Origin: Opitutales bacterium
GTDB taxonomy: Bacteria; Verrucomicrobiota; Verrucomicrobiia; Opitutales; Coraliomargaritaceae
Reading direction: 5' to 3'
DNA length: 64,000 nucleotides
Assembly (NCBI GenBank): GCA_049598495.1
Contig: JBMYNR010000001.1
Location: forward strand, 1-64,000
Part shown: piece by piece, positions 41,112-52,946 of the stretch
Layout of the letters: the number at the start of each line of letters is the position of its first letter
Numbering within the stretch: the first letter of the stretch is position 1
Translations under genes and position numbers: made by a program
The notes under the pieces: model-generated
Told to the model about the DNA's origin: nothing
The model's database searches: none
The model's input: only the letters and a program-made list of their open reading frames with translations

Positions 41112-42922
41112 GCTCTGACGAAGTAACCAATGCAGGCCCATCCGAGGGCGATCTATCTGAGGCGCAAGTGCCCAAGAAGCGCGCGACCAGGAAGGCCGCA
41201 AAGAAGGCCACCAAGAAGCGGGTCGCGAAGAAAGCCGCTGGATCCACCGAGGTCGATGCCTTTACGCCTGGAGAGATCTCTTCTGAGCAGGGCGGTGGGG
41301 ATGACGAGGTGACTTTCAGTGCAGATATCAAAGTGGATGATGTTGATGAGAGTCCTTCGACGGAAGGGGGCGATGCTGAGACCAAGCCTGATGACGAGAG
41401 CTCGAAGGAGCAGGGTGTCGGTTCCGGCAACAAGCAGAAGCACCCACAGAACCAGCAAAAGGGCGGCAACAAGTTTAAGAATAAAAATAACAATAAACGA
41501 AAGCGCGGTAAGAATAACCGCTGGCAGAACAAAAAGCAGCGCACTCGAGAAGAGGAAACGCCGATAGAGTTTGGTGAACTCCTTGATTGGGAGCTTCTTG
41601 AAAGCCGTGAGGAGATTCTCGCCTTGGCCAACGAGCTGAAATCAGGTGGTGGCGAGCCGCTTGATTACTGCCGGATTTATGAGATGCAGTTGCCGGAACT
41701 TCGTCAGGAGGTGGAGTCGCTCCAGATCGAGACCGTCCACGCGCCAAACCGGGATGCTCTGATCAACTCGATCGTGTCCTACGCCGCCGAAAAGAAGGCG
41801 GCGATTATCACCTCCGGAGTGCTCGAGATTCTCGACGATGGTGCCGGCGGATTACTGGTTTATGAGCGTGATAGCTATCGTGTGAAAGCTCTCAGTGCCT
41901 ATGTGCCGCAGGCTTTCATTGAGTATTATGGCCTGCAGCGCGGCCATATCGTGAAAGCCCAACTCCATCCGCACAGGGACGGGGAGTCCTGCCCAATTGT
42001 TGTCAGCATTGAAGCGGTCATGGGCCAGGATCCCGAGACCTTGGGCGAGATTGTTCCCTTTACCGAGCGGGTGCCCTATTACCCGACCTCCCGAATCCTC
42101 ATGGAAGCGGATTCCGAGGCGAAGTGGGATAATCTATCGATGCGCGTCGTGGATTGCCTGACTCCGGTCGGGTTCGGTCAGCGTGGCCTGATCGTGGCAC
42201 CACCCCGGACGGGTAAAACTGTTCTCATGCAGGGCATGGCGAATTCAATTCAGAAGAATTATCCGGATGCTCATTTGATCATTCTGCTTATTGATGAGCG
42301 CCCTGAGGAAGTGACTGACTTTCGCCGTCAGGTTTCGGGTGAGGTAATTAGTTCGACCTTTGATGAGTCGGCCGAGAGTCACGTCCATGCGGCAGAAATG
42401 GTGATTGAAAAGGCGCGGCGCATGGTCGAAGTGGGTGAGGATGTGGTCATTCTCCTGGACTCGATTACTCGACTGGCGCGGGCATATAACACGACGATGC
42501 CGAGCAGTGGTAAGATTCTATCCGGTGGGGTCGAAGCCAACGCCCTGCAAAAGCCCAAGCGCTTCTTCGGTTCGGCACGCAACATCGAAGATGGAGGCAG
42601 TCTCACTATTATTGCCACTGCGCTGGTCGAAACGGGCAGCAAAATGGACGAGGTGATCTTTGAGGAGTTTAAGGGTACTGGTAATATGGAGCTTCACCTT
42701 GACAGAGGCCTCTCCGACAAGCGTATCTTCCCTGCGCTCAGTATGGACAAGAGCGGCACACGGAAGGAAGAACTACTATACCATCCGGATGAAATGCAAA
42801 AAATTTATTCATTGCGCAGAGCGATGAAAGGTCTACCGTCAACAGATGCTATGGAAATGCTGATCCAACGCATCAAGAAGACGTCAACCAACGCTGAATT
42901 CCTGATGAGTGTCGCTCGGTAA
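41108..42922 (+). CDS. rho: Transcription termination factor Rho with long N-terminal extension
   Basis: [48 protein letters not shown]. Confidence 0.97.
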   Translation: MSSDEVTNAGPSEGDLSEAQVPKKRATRKAAKKATKKRVAKKAAGSTEVDAFTPGEISSEQGGGDDEVTFSADIKVDDVDESPSTEGGDAETKPDDESSKEQGVGSGNKQKHPQNQQKGGNKFKNKNNNKRKRGKNNRWQNKKQRTREEETPIEFGELLDWELLESREEILALANELKSGGGEPLDYCRIYEMQLPELRQEVESLQIETVHAPNRDALINSIVSYAAEKKAAIITSGVLEILDDGAGGLLVYERDSYRVKALSAYVPQAFIEYYGLQRGHIVKAQLHPHRDGESCPIVVSIEAVMGQDPETLGEIVPFTERVPYYPTSRILMEADSEAKWDNLSMRVVDCLTPVGFGQRGLIVAPPRTGKTVLMQGMANSIQKNYPDAHLIILLIDERPEEVTDFRRQVSGEVISSTFDESAESHVHAAEMVIEKARRMVEVGEDVVILLDSITRLARAYNTTMPSSGKILSGGVEANALQKPKRFFGSARNIEDGGSLTIIATALVETGSKMDEVIFEEFKGTGNMELHLDRGLSDKRIFPALSMDKSGTRKEELLYHPDEMQKIYSLRRAMKGLPSTDAMEMLIQRIKKTSTNAEFLMSVAR

Positions 42923-42967
42923 TTATCCTCCCGCCGCTCCCGCTCCCGCTCCAATAAGCTTTCATTT

Positions 42968-44689
42968 GTGACCTCAGCCGACGAGTTTGTTCTCCAGTTA
43001 CTCACCGACAAAAGTCTGCTTGATGAAAGCGTCATAGAGTCGACTCGAGCCAAAGTTAACCAGGCTGGTTTTGAAGCTAGCGAAGATACGGCTATTCTTG
43101 AGTCGCTCGTGGCGGAGCATATTATCTCCCAGCAATTGATTGCCGACGTTCTCGCGGAAGAGTTCAATATGGAGACCGTCGATTTGGCGGATACCCGAGT
43201 CTCCTCGGAAGCATTGGCTGTGCTGCCCTACGAGCTGGCGAGCCGCTATAAGGTGATTCCACTTGAAGCGGATGATAGCGAGGTGGAGCTCGCGGTCGCC
43301 GATCCGCTCGATATGGATGCGATCGATAGCATCAGTCACGTAATCAAACGCTCCATCGTTAGTCGCGTCGCTCCACTCGAAGAGATTGAGAAGGCGATCC
43401 ACCAGTACTATGAGGGCGCCAAGGTGAGCGAGGTCGACGACATCTTTTCTGAAGTGGAAGATCCCGATGCGCTGCCGACTCAGATCGATCTGCCATCTGT
43501 AGATGATGTCAATGAAGAGGAGGCGCCGATCATAAAGTATGTTCATATGGTGATTTCGGAAGCGCTCAAGCGTCGTGCATCCGATATTCACATGGAGCCC
43601 TTGGAGCAGCGCTTTCGTGTGCGCTACCGGATCGATGGTGTTTTGCATGAGGTAGAGAACCCACCCAAGCGCCTGCAGCCTTCCATCGTTTCCCGAATAA
43701 AGCTGATGTCGGATGTGAGCATCGCAGAGAAGCGTGTGCCGCAGGATGGTCGTATCAATATCAAGGTAGGCGCGAAGATCATCGACTTGCGTGTTTCGAC
43801 ACTCCCAACGGCATTTGGTGAGAGTATTGTGATGCGGATTCTTGATAAGGAGAGTCTCCGCCTTGGACTGCCAGAGTTGGGTTTCTTTAGCGACGATCAG
43901 GCAACCTTCGAGCGTATTATTGCTTTGCCGGACGGCGTCTTCCTTGTGACGGGCCCGACGGGCTCGGGTAAATCGACGACTTTGTATTCGGCACTTAACT
44001 ACATTAATCACCCTGACCGTAAGATTATTACGGTTGAGGACCCGGTTGAGTACGAGATGGCTGGTGTGAATCAGGTTCAAGTTCGCCGCGAGGTGGGTAT
44101 GACTTTCGCTGCTGCGCTGCGTTCAATGCTTCGTCAAGCGCCCAATATTATTATGGTTGGGGAAATTCGTGACAAAGAAACCGCCGAGATTGCGATCAAT
44201 GCGGCGCTGACCGGCCACATGGTTTTTAGTACACTCCACACGAACGACGCGCCGAGCGCGGTTAGTCGTTTGATTGATATCGGAATTAAGCCCTTCCTTG
44301 TTGCAGCTGCTGTGCGTGCCGTTCTTGCTCAGCGTCTTGTTAGGAGAAACTGCCCGCATTGTCGAGAAGCCTGTGAGCACGACGAGAAGCTCCTCAACTC
44401 ACTGGGTATCCGTCCGGACCAGATGACGGACGCTTCCTTTATGAAAGGAGAAGGCTGCCTGAAGTGTAATGGTACCGGTTTTCGAGGCCGCGTGGGTATT
44501 TTTGAAATGTTCAATGTGAACGAGGAGCTGCAGCAGATGATTTATGAGGAAGCCAGCCTGGTTGCCCTTCGCGATAAGGCGCGTGAAATGGGTATGCGCA
44601 ATATGCGTGAGGACGGGATACGCAAGGTTATCGCCGGGGTGACGACACCACAGGAGGTGCTGCATGCGACGGTCTCCGGTTCTCTTTAA
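42968..44689 (+). CDS. GspE/PilB-family assembly ATPase, paralog 1
   Basis: [36 protein letters not shown], two CxxC. Confidence 0.93.
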   Translation: MTSADEFVLQLLTDKSLLDESVIESTRAKVNQAGFEASEDTAILESLVAEHIISQQLIADVLAEEFNMETVDLADTRVSSEALAVLPYELASRYKVIPLEADDSEVELAVADPLDMDAIDSISHVIKRSIVSRVAPLEEIEKAIHQYYEGAKVSEVDDIFSEVEDPDALPTQIDLPSVDDVNEEEAPIIKYVHMVISEALKRRASDIHMEPLEQRFRVRYRIDGVLHEVENPPKRLQPSIVSRIKLMSDVSIAEKRVPQDGRINIKVGAKIIDLRVSTLPTAFGESIVMRILDKESLRLGLPELGFFSDDQATFERIIALPDGVFLVTGPTGSGKSTTLYSALNYINHPDRKIITVEDPVEYEMAGVNQVQVRREVGMTFAAALRSMLRQAPNIIMVGEIRDKETAEIAINAALTGHMVFSTLHTNDAPSAVSRLIDIGIKPFLVAAAVRAVLAQRLVRRNCPHCREACEHDEKLLNSLGIRPDQMTDASFMKGEGCLKCNGTGFRGRVGIFEMFNVNEELQQMIYEEASLVALRDKAREMGMRNMREDGIRKVIAGVTTPQEVLHATVSGSL

Positions 44690-44721
44690 TCTCAAATAGA
44701 AAACGATTTTATAAAGTTACG

Positions 44722-45801
44722 ATGAGCTACGAAATGAATGATCTTCTGGAGTTGATGGTCGATCAGGGCGCATCGGATCTTCATATCCAGGTCAATCAAC
44801 CGCCCACGCTACGAATCAGCGGGACCATGGTTCCGGTCGATGGACCGAAGCTCACGCCTCAGGACTCGGAGGATCTTATGAAGGCGATTACATCCACCTC
44901 TCACCGGGAGCAGTTGCAGTCGCGGGGTGGTGCGGATTTCGGGTTTGCCTATGAGGATCGGGCTCGTTTTCGGGTGAGTGTTCTTCGGGCAAAAGGAGCG
45001 TATGGGATGGTGCTTCGACAAATCCCGAATGAACTCTTCACTCTTTCCGAAATTGGTCTCCCGGATAAGATCAAGGAGTTGATTAGTCGGCCTCGCGGTC
45101 TCATTCTTGTAACCGGCCCCACCGGTTCGGGTAAATCCACTACTTTGGCCTCAATGATCAATTGGATCAACGAGAACCGTGATGGGCATATCATTACGAT
45201 AGAAGATCCGATTGAATACTTTCATGACCATAAGAAGTGTATCGTCACCCAACGTGAAGTCGGGAGCGATGTTGCCTCCTTTGCCGATGCGATCCGCGGT
45301 GCTCTACGCCAGGACCCCGACGTGATTCTGGTTGGTGAAATGCGCGACCTCGAGACGATTGAAGCTGCAGTCGGAGCTGCCGAGACAGGACACCTCGTAT
45401 TTGCTACCCTGCACACGACTGGCGCTGCGCGCACGGTGGATCGAATTGTTGATGCGTTCTCCGCAGACATGAAAGATCAGATACGTACGCAGTTGGCTTC
45501 ATCCATTGTTGCCGTGATCTCCCAAGTGCTCTGCAAAAAGACGGGTGGTGGCCGGATCGCGTCCTTTGAAATTATGATCACAACGACATCGATCGCCCAG
45601 TTGATCCGTGAGAATAAGACCTACCGAATCGCGTCGGATATCCAAACCGGTGTCGGTCTTGGTATGATCAGTCTGGATGCTCATCTAACCAATCTTTATC
45701 GGAAAAACCTCATTTCAGCAGACGAAGCACTCTCAAAATCTCAGAATCCGAGCCTGCTGCGAGAAAAACTGTTGGAGAGCGGTGCCGTCTTTTCCGAATG
45801 A
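44722..45801 (+). CDS. pilT: Type IV pilus retraction ATPase
   Basis: [45 protein letters not shown]. Confidence 0.92.
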   Translation: MSYEMNDLLELMVDQGASDLHIQVNQPPTLRISGTMVPVDGPKLTPQDSEDLMKAITSTSHREQLQSRGGADFGFAYEDRARFRVSVLRAKGAYGMVLRQIPNELFTLSEIGLPDKIKELISRPRGLILVTGPTGSGKSTTLASMINWINENRDGHIITIEDPIEYFHDHKKCIVTQREVGSDVASFADAIRGALRQDPDVILVGEMRDLETIEAAVGAAETGHLVFATLHTTGAARTVDRIVDAFSADMKDQIRTQLASSIVAVISQVLCKKTGGGRIASFEIMITTTSIAQLIRENKTYRIASDIQTGVGLGMISLDAHLTNLYRKNLISADEALSKSQNPSLLREKLLESGAVFSE

Positions 45802-45842
45802 GCCGTATTTTGTGCCCCACCTCTGATTAGAAGTATACTTGA

Positions 45843-47534
45843 ATGTTCGAAGATCATAACGATACAGTCTACGAAATTATCAAAGGCGCGGATCTGATGG
45901 ATGTTGCGCAACTGGATGAGATAAACGAGTCCCATCTTAAAACCGGTAAGTCATTGGCTGATGCGGTCATCGACTCCGGAGTGGTCGAGCGCAATCAGAT
46001 ACTGGAGGCGATCGCTGAGTATCTGGGTTATGAGTTTCTGGCCAGTCCGCCGCACAAAGTTGCGGAGGAAATTTCCTCTACGGTTCGAGCGAATGTTGCT
46101 CGAATGTATGCGGTGGTTCCCTTTAAGGTGGATGATACTTCCGTCGAGCTGCTGGCACAGGATCCCTTCAATCCGGCAATTATCGACGACCTCACCTTTA
46201 CGCTTAATAAGGATATTACGATTGTCGTTTGTGATCCCGAGCACATCGACACATTGCTCATCAATACCTATGGCGAAGAGGATGCCTCGATTGATGATAT
46301 CCTTGGGGATATCGGTGAGGGCTTCGCGGATGGGGGTGAGCAGGAGCTATCCGAGGGGGATCTTACGGATCTGGCGAACCAGACGCCGATTATCCGCTTT
46401 GTAAATCTGGTGCTTCAGCAGGCGATTAAAGATAAAGCTTCTGATATCCATTTTGAGCCATTCGAAGATCAGTTTCGTATTCGTTATCGCATCGACGGTG
46501 CACTTTACGAGATGGCGCCACCGCCGAAAAATCTCGCGGTTCCGGTGACTTCGCGTGTGAAAGTGCTCTCCAATATGAACATATCAGAGACTCGAATCCC
46601 CCAGGACGGCCGGATCAAGATGACCATTGCTGGGCGCCCGGTTGATTTGCGGGTTTCGACCCTGCCCACCCAATTTGGTGAATCGGTGGTATTACGGGTT
46701 CTCGATAAATCTGTGGTCAATCTCGATCTCGAGGCCCTCAGTTTGCCGGATGATATTCTGCAGACAATTCGTGGTCTCGTCGACCGCCCGAATGGGATCT
46801 TTATTGTTACCGGTCCAACGGGATCAGGTAAAACAACGACGCTTTATAGTGCGCTTCGTGAGGTCAATGATGTTGAGACCAAGATTCTTACAGCAGAAGA
46901 TCCGGTCGAATATGAGATCGACGGCATTATGCAGGTTGCGGTTAATCATCAGGTCGGGCTGGATTTCGCCCGGGCGCTCCGTGCATTCCTCCGTCAGGAT
47001 CCCGATAAGATCATGGTCGGTGAGATACGTGACCTCGAAACTGCACAGATTGCGGTGCAGGCCTCACTGACCGGGCACGTGGTCTTAAGTACGCTCCACA
47101 CGAATGATGCGCCCGGTGCGGTCACTCGACTGATCGATATGGGGCTCGAGCCTTTTCTGATCTCCGCCTCGCTTGAAGCGATTCTTGCGCAGCGTCTGGT
47201 TCGTCGCATCTGTAAGCATTGCCGCACCGCTTACGAACCGGGGCACGACCTTGTGGAGTTGCTCGATGTGGACCCGCTCGAAATTGCGGACAAGGATTTC
47301 TACTATGGAGAAGGCTGTTCAGAATGTAGCAACACAGGCTACCGTGGCCGGATCGGGCTTTTCGAAATGATCGTGGTCTCCGATGCGATTCGCGAACTAA
47401 TCAATCAGCGTGCGCCCACCCTGACCATAAAGCAGAAGGCCCTTGAACAGGGTATGCGAAGCTTGCGTGACGATGGTTTGCGTGCAATTTTCGACGGTAA
47501 TTCCACCATAGAAGAAGTTCTCAAATATACCTAA
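45843..47534 (+). CDS. GspE/PilB-family assembly ATPase, paralog 2
   Basis: [28 protein letters not shown], two CxxC. Confidence 0.93.
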   Translation: MFEDHNDTVYEIIKGADLMDVAQLDEINESHLKTGKSLADAVIDSGVVERNQILEAIAEYLGYEFLASPPHKVAEEISSTVRANVARMYAVVPFKVDDTSVELLAQDPFNPAIIDDLTFTLNKDITIVVCDPEHIDTLLINTYGEEDASIDDILGDIGEGFADGGEQELSEGDLTDLANQTPIIRFVNLVLQQAIKDKASDIHFEPFEDQFRIRYRIDGALYEMAPPPKNLAVPVTSRVKVLSNMNISETRIPQDGRIKMTIAGRPVDLRVSTLPTQFGESVVLRVLDKSVVNLDLEALSLPDDILQTIRGLVDRPNGIFIVTGPTGSGKTTTLYSALREVNDVETKILTAEDPVEYEIDGIMQVAVNHQVGLDFARALRAFLRQDPDKIMVGEIRDLETAQIAVQASLTGHVVLSTLHTNDAPGAVTRLIDMGLEPFLISASLEAILAQRLVRRICKHCRTAYEPGHDLVELLDVDPLEIADKDFYYGEGCSECSNTGYRGRIGLFEMIVVSDAIRELINQRAPTLTIKQKALEQGMRSLRDDGLRAIFDGNSTIEEVLKYT

Positions 47535-47541
47535 AATCCTC

Positions 47542-48795
47542 ATGGCAAAATTCAAATATACGGCGATTGACGCCAACGGAAAGCAGAAGACCGGCGCTGT
47601 CGAAGCAGCCAATCGGGACGAAGCCAGTTCGAAGCTAAGCGCCGCGGGTCTGATGCCTACGAAAATTGTGGATGCGGGCGGCAGTTCGCCGAGAAAAACC
47701 GCCTCCAGCGTGGGAGGCAAAAAGTCGAAGAAAGTCGGCGGCTTCGGTAAGGTCATTAAACCCGAGGAGTTGACGACTTTTACCCGTCAGCTCGCCACAC
47801 TACTCGATGCAGGCCTACCTCTACTTCGTGCTCTGGAGGTCATGATCCGTCAGGAAAAGAACCTGCGCTTTAAGGGAGTTCTCGAGCAGATTGCGGATCA
47901 GGTGAAGTCGGGTAATCCTTTCTCCGACGGTCTCTCGCAGCACCCCAAGATTTTCGACCGCCTTTATGTAAATATGGTGCGCGCAGGCGAGGCCGGGGGT
48001 GTGCTCGAAGTGGTTCTTTCCCGTCTCGCCGGCTTCATGGAAAAAGCCCTCAAAACCAAGAAGAAGGTGAAATCGGCCATGGTTTATCCGATTGTTGTTG
48101 TCGGTGTGGCCATCTCCATCGTTGCTCTTCTGATGGTTGTTGTGGTCCCGAAGTTTCAGACCATTTTTGACGATATGCTCGAAGGTGCGGCATTGCCCGG
48201 CCCCACCCAGTTCGTGGTTGGAGTCAGTAACTTCATGCGCGAGAACATTGTCCTGACCATGATCATTATTGTGGTCGCGATCGTGGGCTTCAAATTTCTC
48301 CTCAAGACGCCCTTTGGCTCAAAAGCCTTTAACTGGTGTTCCATTAATCTGCCGAAAGTGGGCGACCTTGTCCGCAAGGTGAATATTGCCCGAATTACTC
48401 GGACCTTTGGTACGCTTCTCTCCAGTGGGGTGCCCATTCTTCAGTCGATCACGATCACGAAGGATATTACGGGGAACAAGTTCTACGAAAACGCCCTTAG
48501 TCGTATCCATGATGCTGTTCGAGACGGTGAGTCGCTGGCCAAACCTATGGAGCGTGAAAGCGTGTTTCCGAACATGGTGACCAGTATGGTTGATGTCGGT
48601 GAAGAAACCGGTGAGCTTGCCGAGATGCTTAATCGTGTGGCAGATAATTACGACGAGGATGTCGACAATGCCGTGGCCGGGATCACGTCGATCATTGAGC
48701 CGGTCATGATTGTTTTCCTTGCGGTTGTGGTCGGTTTTATCGTTATCGCGCTCTTCCTGCCCATTGTTGAAATCATCAAACAGCTGACTGGTTGA
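47542..48795 (+). CDS. pilC: Type IV pilus/T2SS platform protein PilC/GspF
   Basis: [38 protein letters not shown]. Confidence 0.93.
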   Translation: MAKFKYTAIDANGKQKTGAVEAANRDEASSKLSAAGLMPTKIVDAGGSSPRKTASSVGGKKSKKVGGFGKVIKPEELTTFTRQLATLLDAGLPLLRALEVMIRQEKNLRFKGVLEQIADQVKSGNPFSDGLSQHPKIFDRLYVNMVRAGEAGGVLEVVLSRLAGFMEKALKTKKKVKSAMVYPIVVVGVAISIVALLMVVVVPKFQTIFDDMLEGAALPGPTQFVVGVSNFMRENIVLTMIIIVVAIVGFKFLLKTPFGSKAFNWCSINLPKVGDLVRKVNIARITRTFGTLLSSGVPILQSITITKDITGNKFYENALSRIHDAVRDGESLAKPMERESVFPNMVTSMVDVGEETGELAEMLNRVADNYDEDVDNAVAGITSIIEPVMIVFLAVVVGFIVIALFLPIVEIIKQLTG

Positions 48796-48820
48796 TCTGC
48801 TTGGATGCCTATTTCATCGC

Positions 48821-48858
48821 AAGCCCGCAGTCGCCATCCGCCTGCGGGCTTTTATTTT
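48821..48858 (+). terminator. Intrinsic terminator after pilC
   Basis: AAGCCCGCAG/CTGCGGGCTT stem with T-rich tail. Confidence 0.75.
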
Positions 48859-48913
48859 CTGGCTTGAAAGCCGCCGCTTGAGCCGCACTTTCCCAGTCTT
48901 TCCAATTTTTGTA

Positions 48914-51652
48914 ATGTCCGAGATCGCCAAAGCTTACGAACCCAAGGAAGTTGAACACCGCTGGTATGCCAACTGGCTCGAGGCTGGATGCTTTAAAGCG
49001 GTCGCTGATAAGGAGCGGGAGCCCTACGCCATAATGATTCCGCCACCCAATGTGACGGGGATGCTGCACATGGGCCATGTTCTGGACAATACCCTGCAGG
49101 ATATTTTCGTGCGTCGTGCACGTCTTGAAGGTAAATCTGTGCTTTGGCAGCCGGGCACAGATCACGCGGGTATCGCCACCCAAACAAAGGTCGAAAAGCA
49201 AGTTCGTGAAGCGACTGGCCAGAGCAAGTATGATCTTGGTCGTGAGGGTTTTCTAGAAAAGGTCTGGAAGTTCCGAGAAGCGTCCGGTGGTGTGATTCTG
49301 AACCAGCTCCAAAAACTGGGAGCCTCCTGCGATTGGGGTCGTACCAGTTTCACGCTCGACGATCACTATTCGGAAGCGGTTTTGACTGCCTTTGTGAGGC
49401 TCTATGAGCGGGGGTATATTTACCGTGGAAAGCGCATGGTCAATTGGTGCCCGGCGACCCATACGGCGATTTCGGACGAGGAAGTAAACATGAAGCCCCA
49501 GAACGGTTTCTTTTACAAAATGCGCTACGAACTTGTTGAGGCTGATGGCGAGCGGACACACCTGGAAATCTCGACGACGCGCCCGGAAACACTGATGGGC
49601 GACAGCGCTGTCGCCGTGCATCCTGAGGATGAGCGCTACAAACATCTCATTGGTAAAAGCGTCTGGCGTCCCTTCCCCAAGGCGGAGATTCCGATTATTG
49701 GTGATGAATATGTCGACCGTGAATTTGGGACCGGTTGCTTGAAGGTGACGCCCGCTCACGATAAGAACGACTTTGAGATTGGACAGCGCCACGGATTGGA
49801 ACTGATCGAGGTGATTGATGCCGAGGGACGCCTCAATACACTTGCGGGTGCGGATTTTGCCGGAATGGATCGTTTCGATGCACGTAAGATGGCTGCTAAG
49901 AAGCTTGAGGAGATGGGCCTGCTTATCGAACGTGAACCCTACGAGAACACGGTCGGTTTTTCCGAACGTGGCGATGTTCCCATTGAACCGCGGCTCTCCG
50001 AGCAGTGGTTCCTCAAATACCCGAAGGTTGAGGAGGCCAAGCGGGCGGTCGAAAAAGGGATCATTAAATTTCATCCGGATCGTTGGAAGAAGACCTATTT
50101 GCACTGGCTCAATGGTATTCAAGACTGGTGTATCAGTCGCCAGCTCTGGTGGGGGCACCGGATTCCTGTCTATTATAAGAAGGGTATCGACCGAGCCGAG
50201 ATTGATTTTCAAAACCCCGAGCATGTCCATGTTTCCGTCGCTGGTCCAGCCGACCCGGAGAATTGGGAACAGGAGGAAGACGTCCTCGATACATGGGCCT
50301 CTTCCTATCTCTGGCCTATGGCCAATCTCGGTTGGCCGAAGGCTACGCCCAAGCAACAAAAAGAGCAGGACTATTGGTATCCGACCTCTACCTTGGTCAC
50401 GGGCTTTGATATTATTTTCTTCTGGGTGGCCCGCATGATCATGGCCGGTCTCGAGCTTTACGGTGAGGATCAAAAGGAGCTCAAGGACGAAGAGATTGAA
50501 GCGCGTATTCCCTTTAAGAATATTTTTATCCATGGCCTAATCCGCGATGAGAAAGGGCGAAAGATGTCCAAGTCGCTCGGCAACTCGCCCGATCCGCTCG
50601 ATCTGATTGAGAAGTATGGTGCGGATGGGCTCCGCTTCGGTATTTGTAATATTGCACCGTCCGGCTCAGATATTCTATTTTCGGAAGAGCGTATCCAGAT
50701 TGGTCGTAATTTCTGCAATAAGCTCTGGAATGCGGCCCGTTTTCGTCAGATGTCCGGCCCCATGGCGGACAACTCCAGTTTTGAAGCGATCATCAGTCGG
50801 ATGAACCCGGATCTCTTTGATGACTACGATCATTGGATCCTTGGTAGACTCCAGCAAGTTACGGCCGAGTTGGAGAAGTGTTTCACTGATTACGAGATTG
50901 CGCCGCTCACACACCTGATCTATGCATTCTTCTGGGGTGATTTTTGTGACTGGTATGTCGAGGCCTCCAAAGGGAAGCTGAAGGGCGATGCCGAGCTGCG
51001 TGACAACTGCCTCGCGATCCAGGATCTCGTCATTCGCCAAGTGCTTCAACTGGCGAACCCGATTATTCCGCACATTACGGAGGAACTCTGGAATGGGCTC
51101 GGTTACGACGAAGTGGTGGCCTATATCCAGAACACGCCCATCGTCCCGACATCGACCCTCGAGGAACAGGTCCCAGTGGATCCCGGTGCGATCGAGCGAG
51201 TTTCCAATCTCCAGGAATTGATATCACAGGCCCGAGCGCTCAAGGCACAGTATAACCTCGCAAGTAAGCGTGATGTCGCTGTCTTCTTCGGTGCAGAGGG
51301 CAGCACGGCACAGGTTATTGAGGACAATGCTGCCCTTATTCGGACGCTGGCTGGTCTCGGCCGTCTCGAAGCAATCGGTGACAGGTCTGCAGATGGGCTG
51401 CCTGCTATCGTTACGCCGCTCGGATCGCTCTATCTCGATCTCAATAGTAGTATCGACCTAGAGGCCGAGAAAGTCCGGCTGTCCAAGGAACTGGAGAAGC
51501 TCAACAAGCTTGTTGCAGTCGGAGAGAATAAGCTGAAGAACCCGAAGTTTGTCGAGAGTGCTCCCGAAAAGGTGGTGGCTGGTGCGCGTAAGCAACTGGC
51601 AGAGACCACCGAGAAGCGAGACGAGACGCAGCGCATCCTCGATAGCCTGTAA
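48914..51652 (+). CDS. valS: Valine-tRNA ligase
   Basis: PPPNVTGMLHMGH, DWCISRQLWWGHRIP, KMSKS, C-terminal coiled coil. Confidence 0.98.
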   Translation: MSEIAKAYEPKEVEHRWYANWLEAGCFKAVADKEREPYAIMIPPPNVTGMLHMGHVLDNTLQDIFVRRARLEGKSVLWQPGTDHAGIATQTKVEKQVREATGQSKYDLGREGFLEKVWKFREASGGVILNQLQKLGASCDWGRTSFTLDDHYSEAVLTAFVRLYERGYIYRGKRMVNWCPATHTAISDEEVNMKPQNGFFYKMRYELVEADGERTHLEISTTRPETLMGDSAVAVHPEDERYKHLIGKSVWRPFPKAEIPIIGDEYVDREFGTGCLKVTPAHDKNDFEIGQRHGLELIEVIDAEGRLNTLAGADFAGMDRFDARKMAAKKLEEMGLLIEREPYENTVGFSERGDVPIEPRLSEQWFLKYPKVEEAKRAVEKGIIKFHPDRWKKTYLHWLNGIQDWCISRQLWWGHRIPVYYKKGIDRAEIDFQNPEHVHVSVAGPADPENWEQEEDVLDTWASSYLWPMANLGWPKATPKQQKEQDYWYPTSTLVTGFDIIFFWVARMIMAGLELYGEDQKELKDEEIEARIPFKNIFIHGLIRDEKGRKMSKSLGNSPDPLDLIEKYGADGLRFGICNIAPSGSDILFSEERIQIGRNFCNKLWNAARFRQMSGPMADNSSFEAIISRMNPDLFDDYDHWILGRLQQVTAELEKCFTDYEIAPLTHLIYAFFWGDFCDWYVEASKGKLKGDAELRDNCLAIQDLVIRQVLQLANPIIPHITEELWNGLGYDEVVAYIQNTPIVPTSTLEEQVPVDPGAIERVSNLQELISQARALKAQYNLASKRDVAVFFGAEGSTAQVIEDNAALIRTLAGLGRLEAIGDRSADGLPAIVTPLGSLYLDLNSSIDLEAEKVRLSKELEKLNKLVAVGENKLKNPKFVESAPEKVVAGARKQLAETTEKRDETQRILDSL

Positions 51653-51964
51653 AGTGGAAGGCAGAATCCGGGGATGACAGGCGCCCGTCTGGGTGCGAAT
51701 ACCGTTTCGATAAAGGATGTGTCGGACTTAGGAAGTCTTGCTCGCCGTTCCGAGTTGGCAAAAAGATCGGGTGCGACATGTCCGCCGTAGACTCCTCTCA
51801 TCCAAAGAATGGCTGGAGGACTTTTCCCTCCTTAAAGCGAGCATTTTTTAACTGCTCAATCTTCGCAAAAAACTGAGGGAGGACGACCCGGAATCCGGAT
51901 TTTAGTGTTCCTTTAGCGCGTTTTAGTGGTCCAAAAAGGCATCCGAGTGGTTCGGCTGTTTGGC

Positions 51965-52175
51965 GGACGCCGAGGACGGCGTCCCTCCAGGCCTTAGGAT
52001 GCGCGGGGCTTTGTTGGAGTTCGGCCTTTGTAGGCCATCTGCTTCCATATTTAGAAAGCTCTCAACCGCTATATCCGGCACGAGCAGCGAACTTGTGCCA
52101 GCAAGGTCGACGGACGAGCACCTCCGTCTGTTCGGAATCCTTCATACGTCGACGCGACTGGCGTCGCATCGCTAC
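51965..52175. repeat. REP-like palindromes
   Basis: GGACGCCGAGGACGGCGTCCCTCC (51965-51988, GGAG class) and GACGCGACTGGCGTCGCATCGCTAC (52151-52175, GTAG class), both minus orientation. Confidence 0.7.
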
Positions 52176-52346
52176 ATCCGCCCGACGAACGTACGAAAGA
52201 TCCTTATCGAGGGATCGAAACAGAGTGTTGCCTTGCCATGGTAAATTCTCTTCTGCGGGGTGAGGAGGTACGGCTTCTATCAGTCGTTATCTTTGATTCT
52301 TTAGCTTGAATTGACACGGGCTCGTGCATGTGTGTTGTATGCTTAC

Positions 52347-52913
52347 ATGCAGTTCATCGAAGATTTTACTCTGGTGCGCGACACAGAAGCGACGATCATC
52401 CCAGCAGGTGAATCGCATACATTAGTTGCCGGAACTCGTGCTAGCATATCTCAGGCGCTCGGAGGCACCGTTACGATTCGCACCGACTCCGGTTTGTTCC
52501 GTCTATCGAGCAAGGACTGGGATGCACTTGGTGCCGCGGCTCAGGCGCAACTCGATGAGGCGGCCAAGGCGGCCGAAACTTCGTTGGGCGATGCGCCCTT
52601 CAGTGAGGAACAAGTTTGGGAAGCCATGCGCGGTTGCTTTGATCCGGAGATACCGGTGAATATCGTCGACCTCGGCCTTATCTATGACCTGCAGATCTCC
52701 GAGCCCGATGCTGATGGGCGTCACGCAATCAAGGTAAAGATGACACTCACGGCTCAAGGCTGTGGCATGGGGCCTGTCATTGCGGAAGATGCTCGCAAGC
52801 ATATCGAGGCACTGGGCGGGGTTTCCAAGGCTCAGGTGGACATCGTCTGGGACCCGCCGTGGACGCCGCATATGATATCGGAAGCCGGGCGACAAAAGCT
52901 TGGCCTCGAATAG
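52347..52913 (+). CDS. sufT: Fe-S cluster assembly protein SufT (DUF59)
   Basis: CFDPEIPVNIVDLGLIY, MTLTAQGCGMG, VWDPPW; N-terminal QALGG domain. Confidence 0.9.
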   Translation: MQFIEDFTLVRDTEATIIPAGESHTLVAGTRASISQALGGTVTIRTDSGLFRLSSKDWDALGAAAQAQLDEAAKAAETSLGDAPFSEEQVWEAMRGCFDPEIPVNIVDLGLIYDLQISEPDADGRHAIKVKMTLTAQGCGMGPVIAEDARKHIEALGGVSKAQVDIVWDPPWTPHMISEAGRQKLGLE

Positions 52914-52946
52914 ACGCCGCTTAACACGGTCGCTAATGGGCGCTTC

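Noticed and set aside
49253..50533. Long antisense ORFs (426 aa opposite valS; others opposite hom, pilB and oppBC)
   Set aside because: Shadow frames of well-supported genes in a GC-rich genome, with no motifs
51792..51885. SAM-I riboswitch-like sequence (CTCATCCAAAGA...GGAGGA...GAGCA...TGCTCAAT)
   Set aside because: Lacks the GCAACC core and the GAT 3' strand of P1, and is about 460 bp from the next gene; cmscan would decide
52180..52230. Hammerhead ribozyme (stem followed by GAAAC)
   Set aside because: No CUGANGA core before the stem
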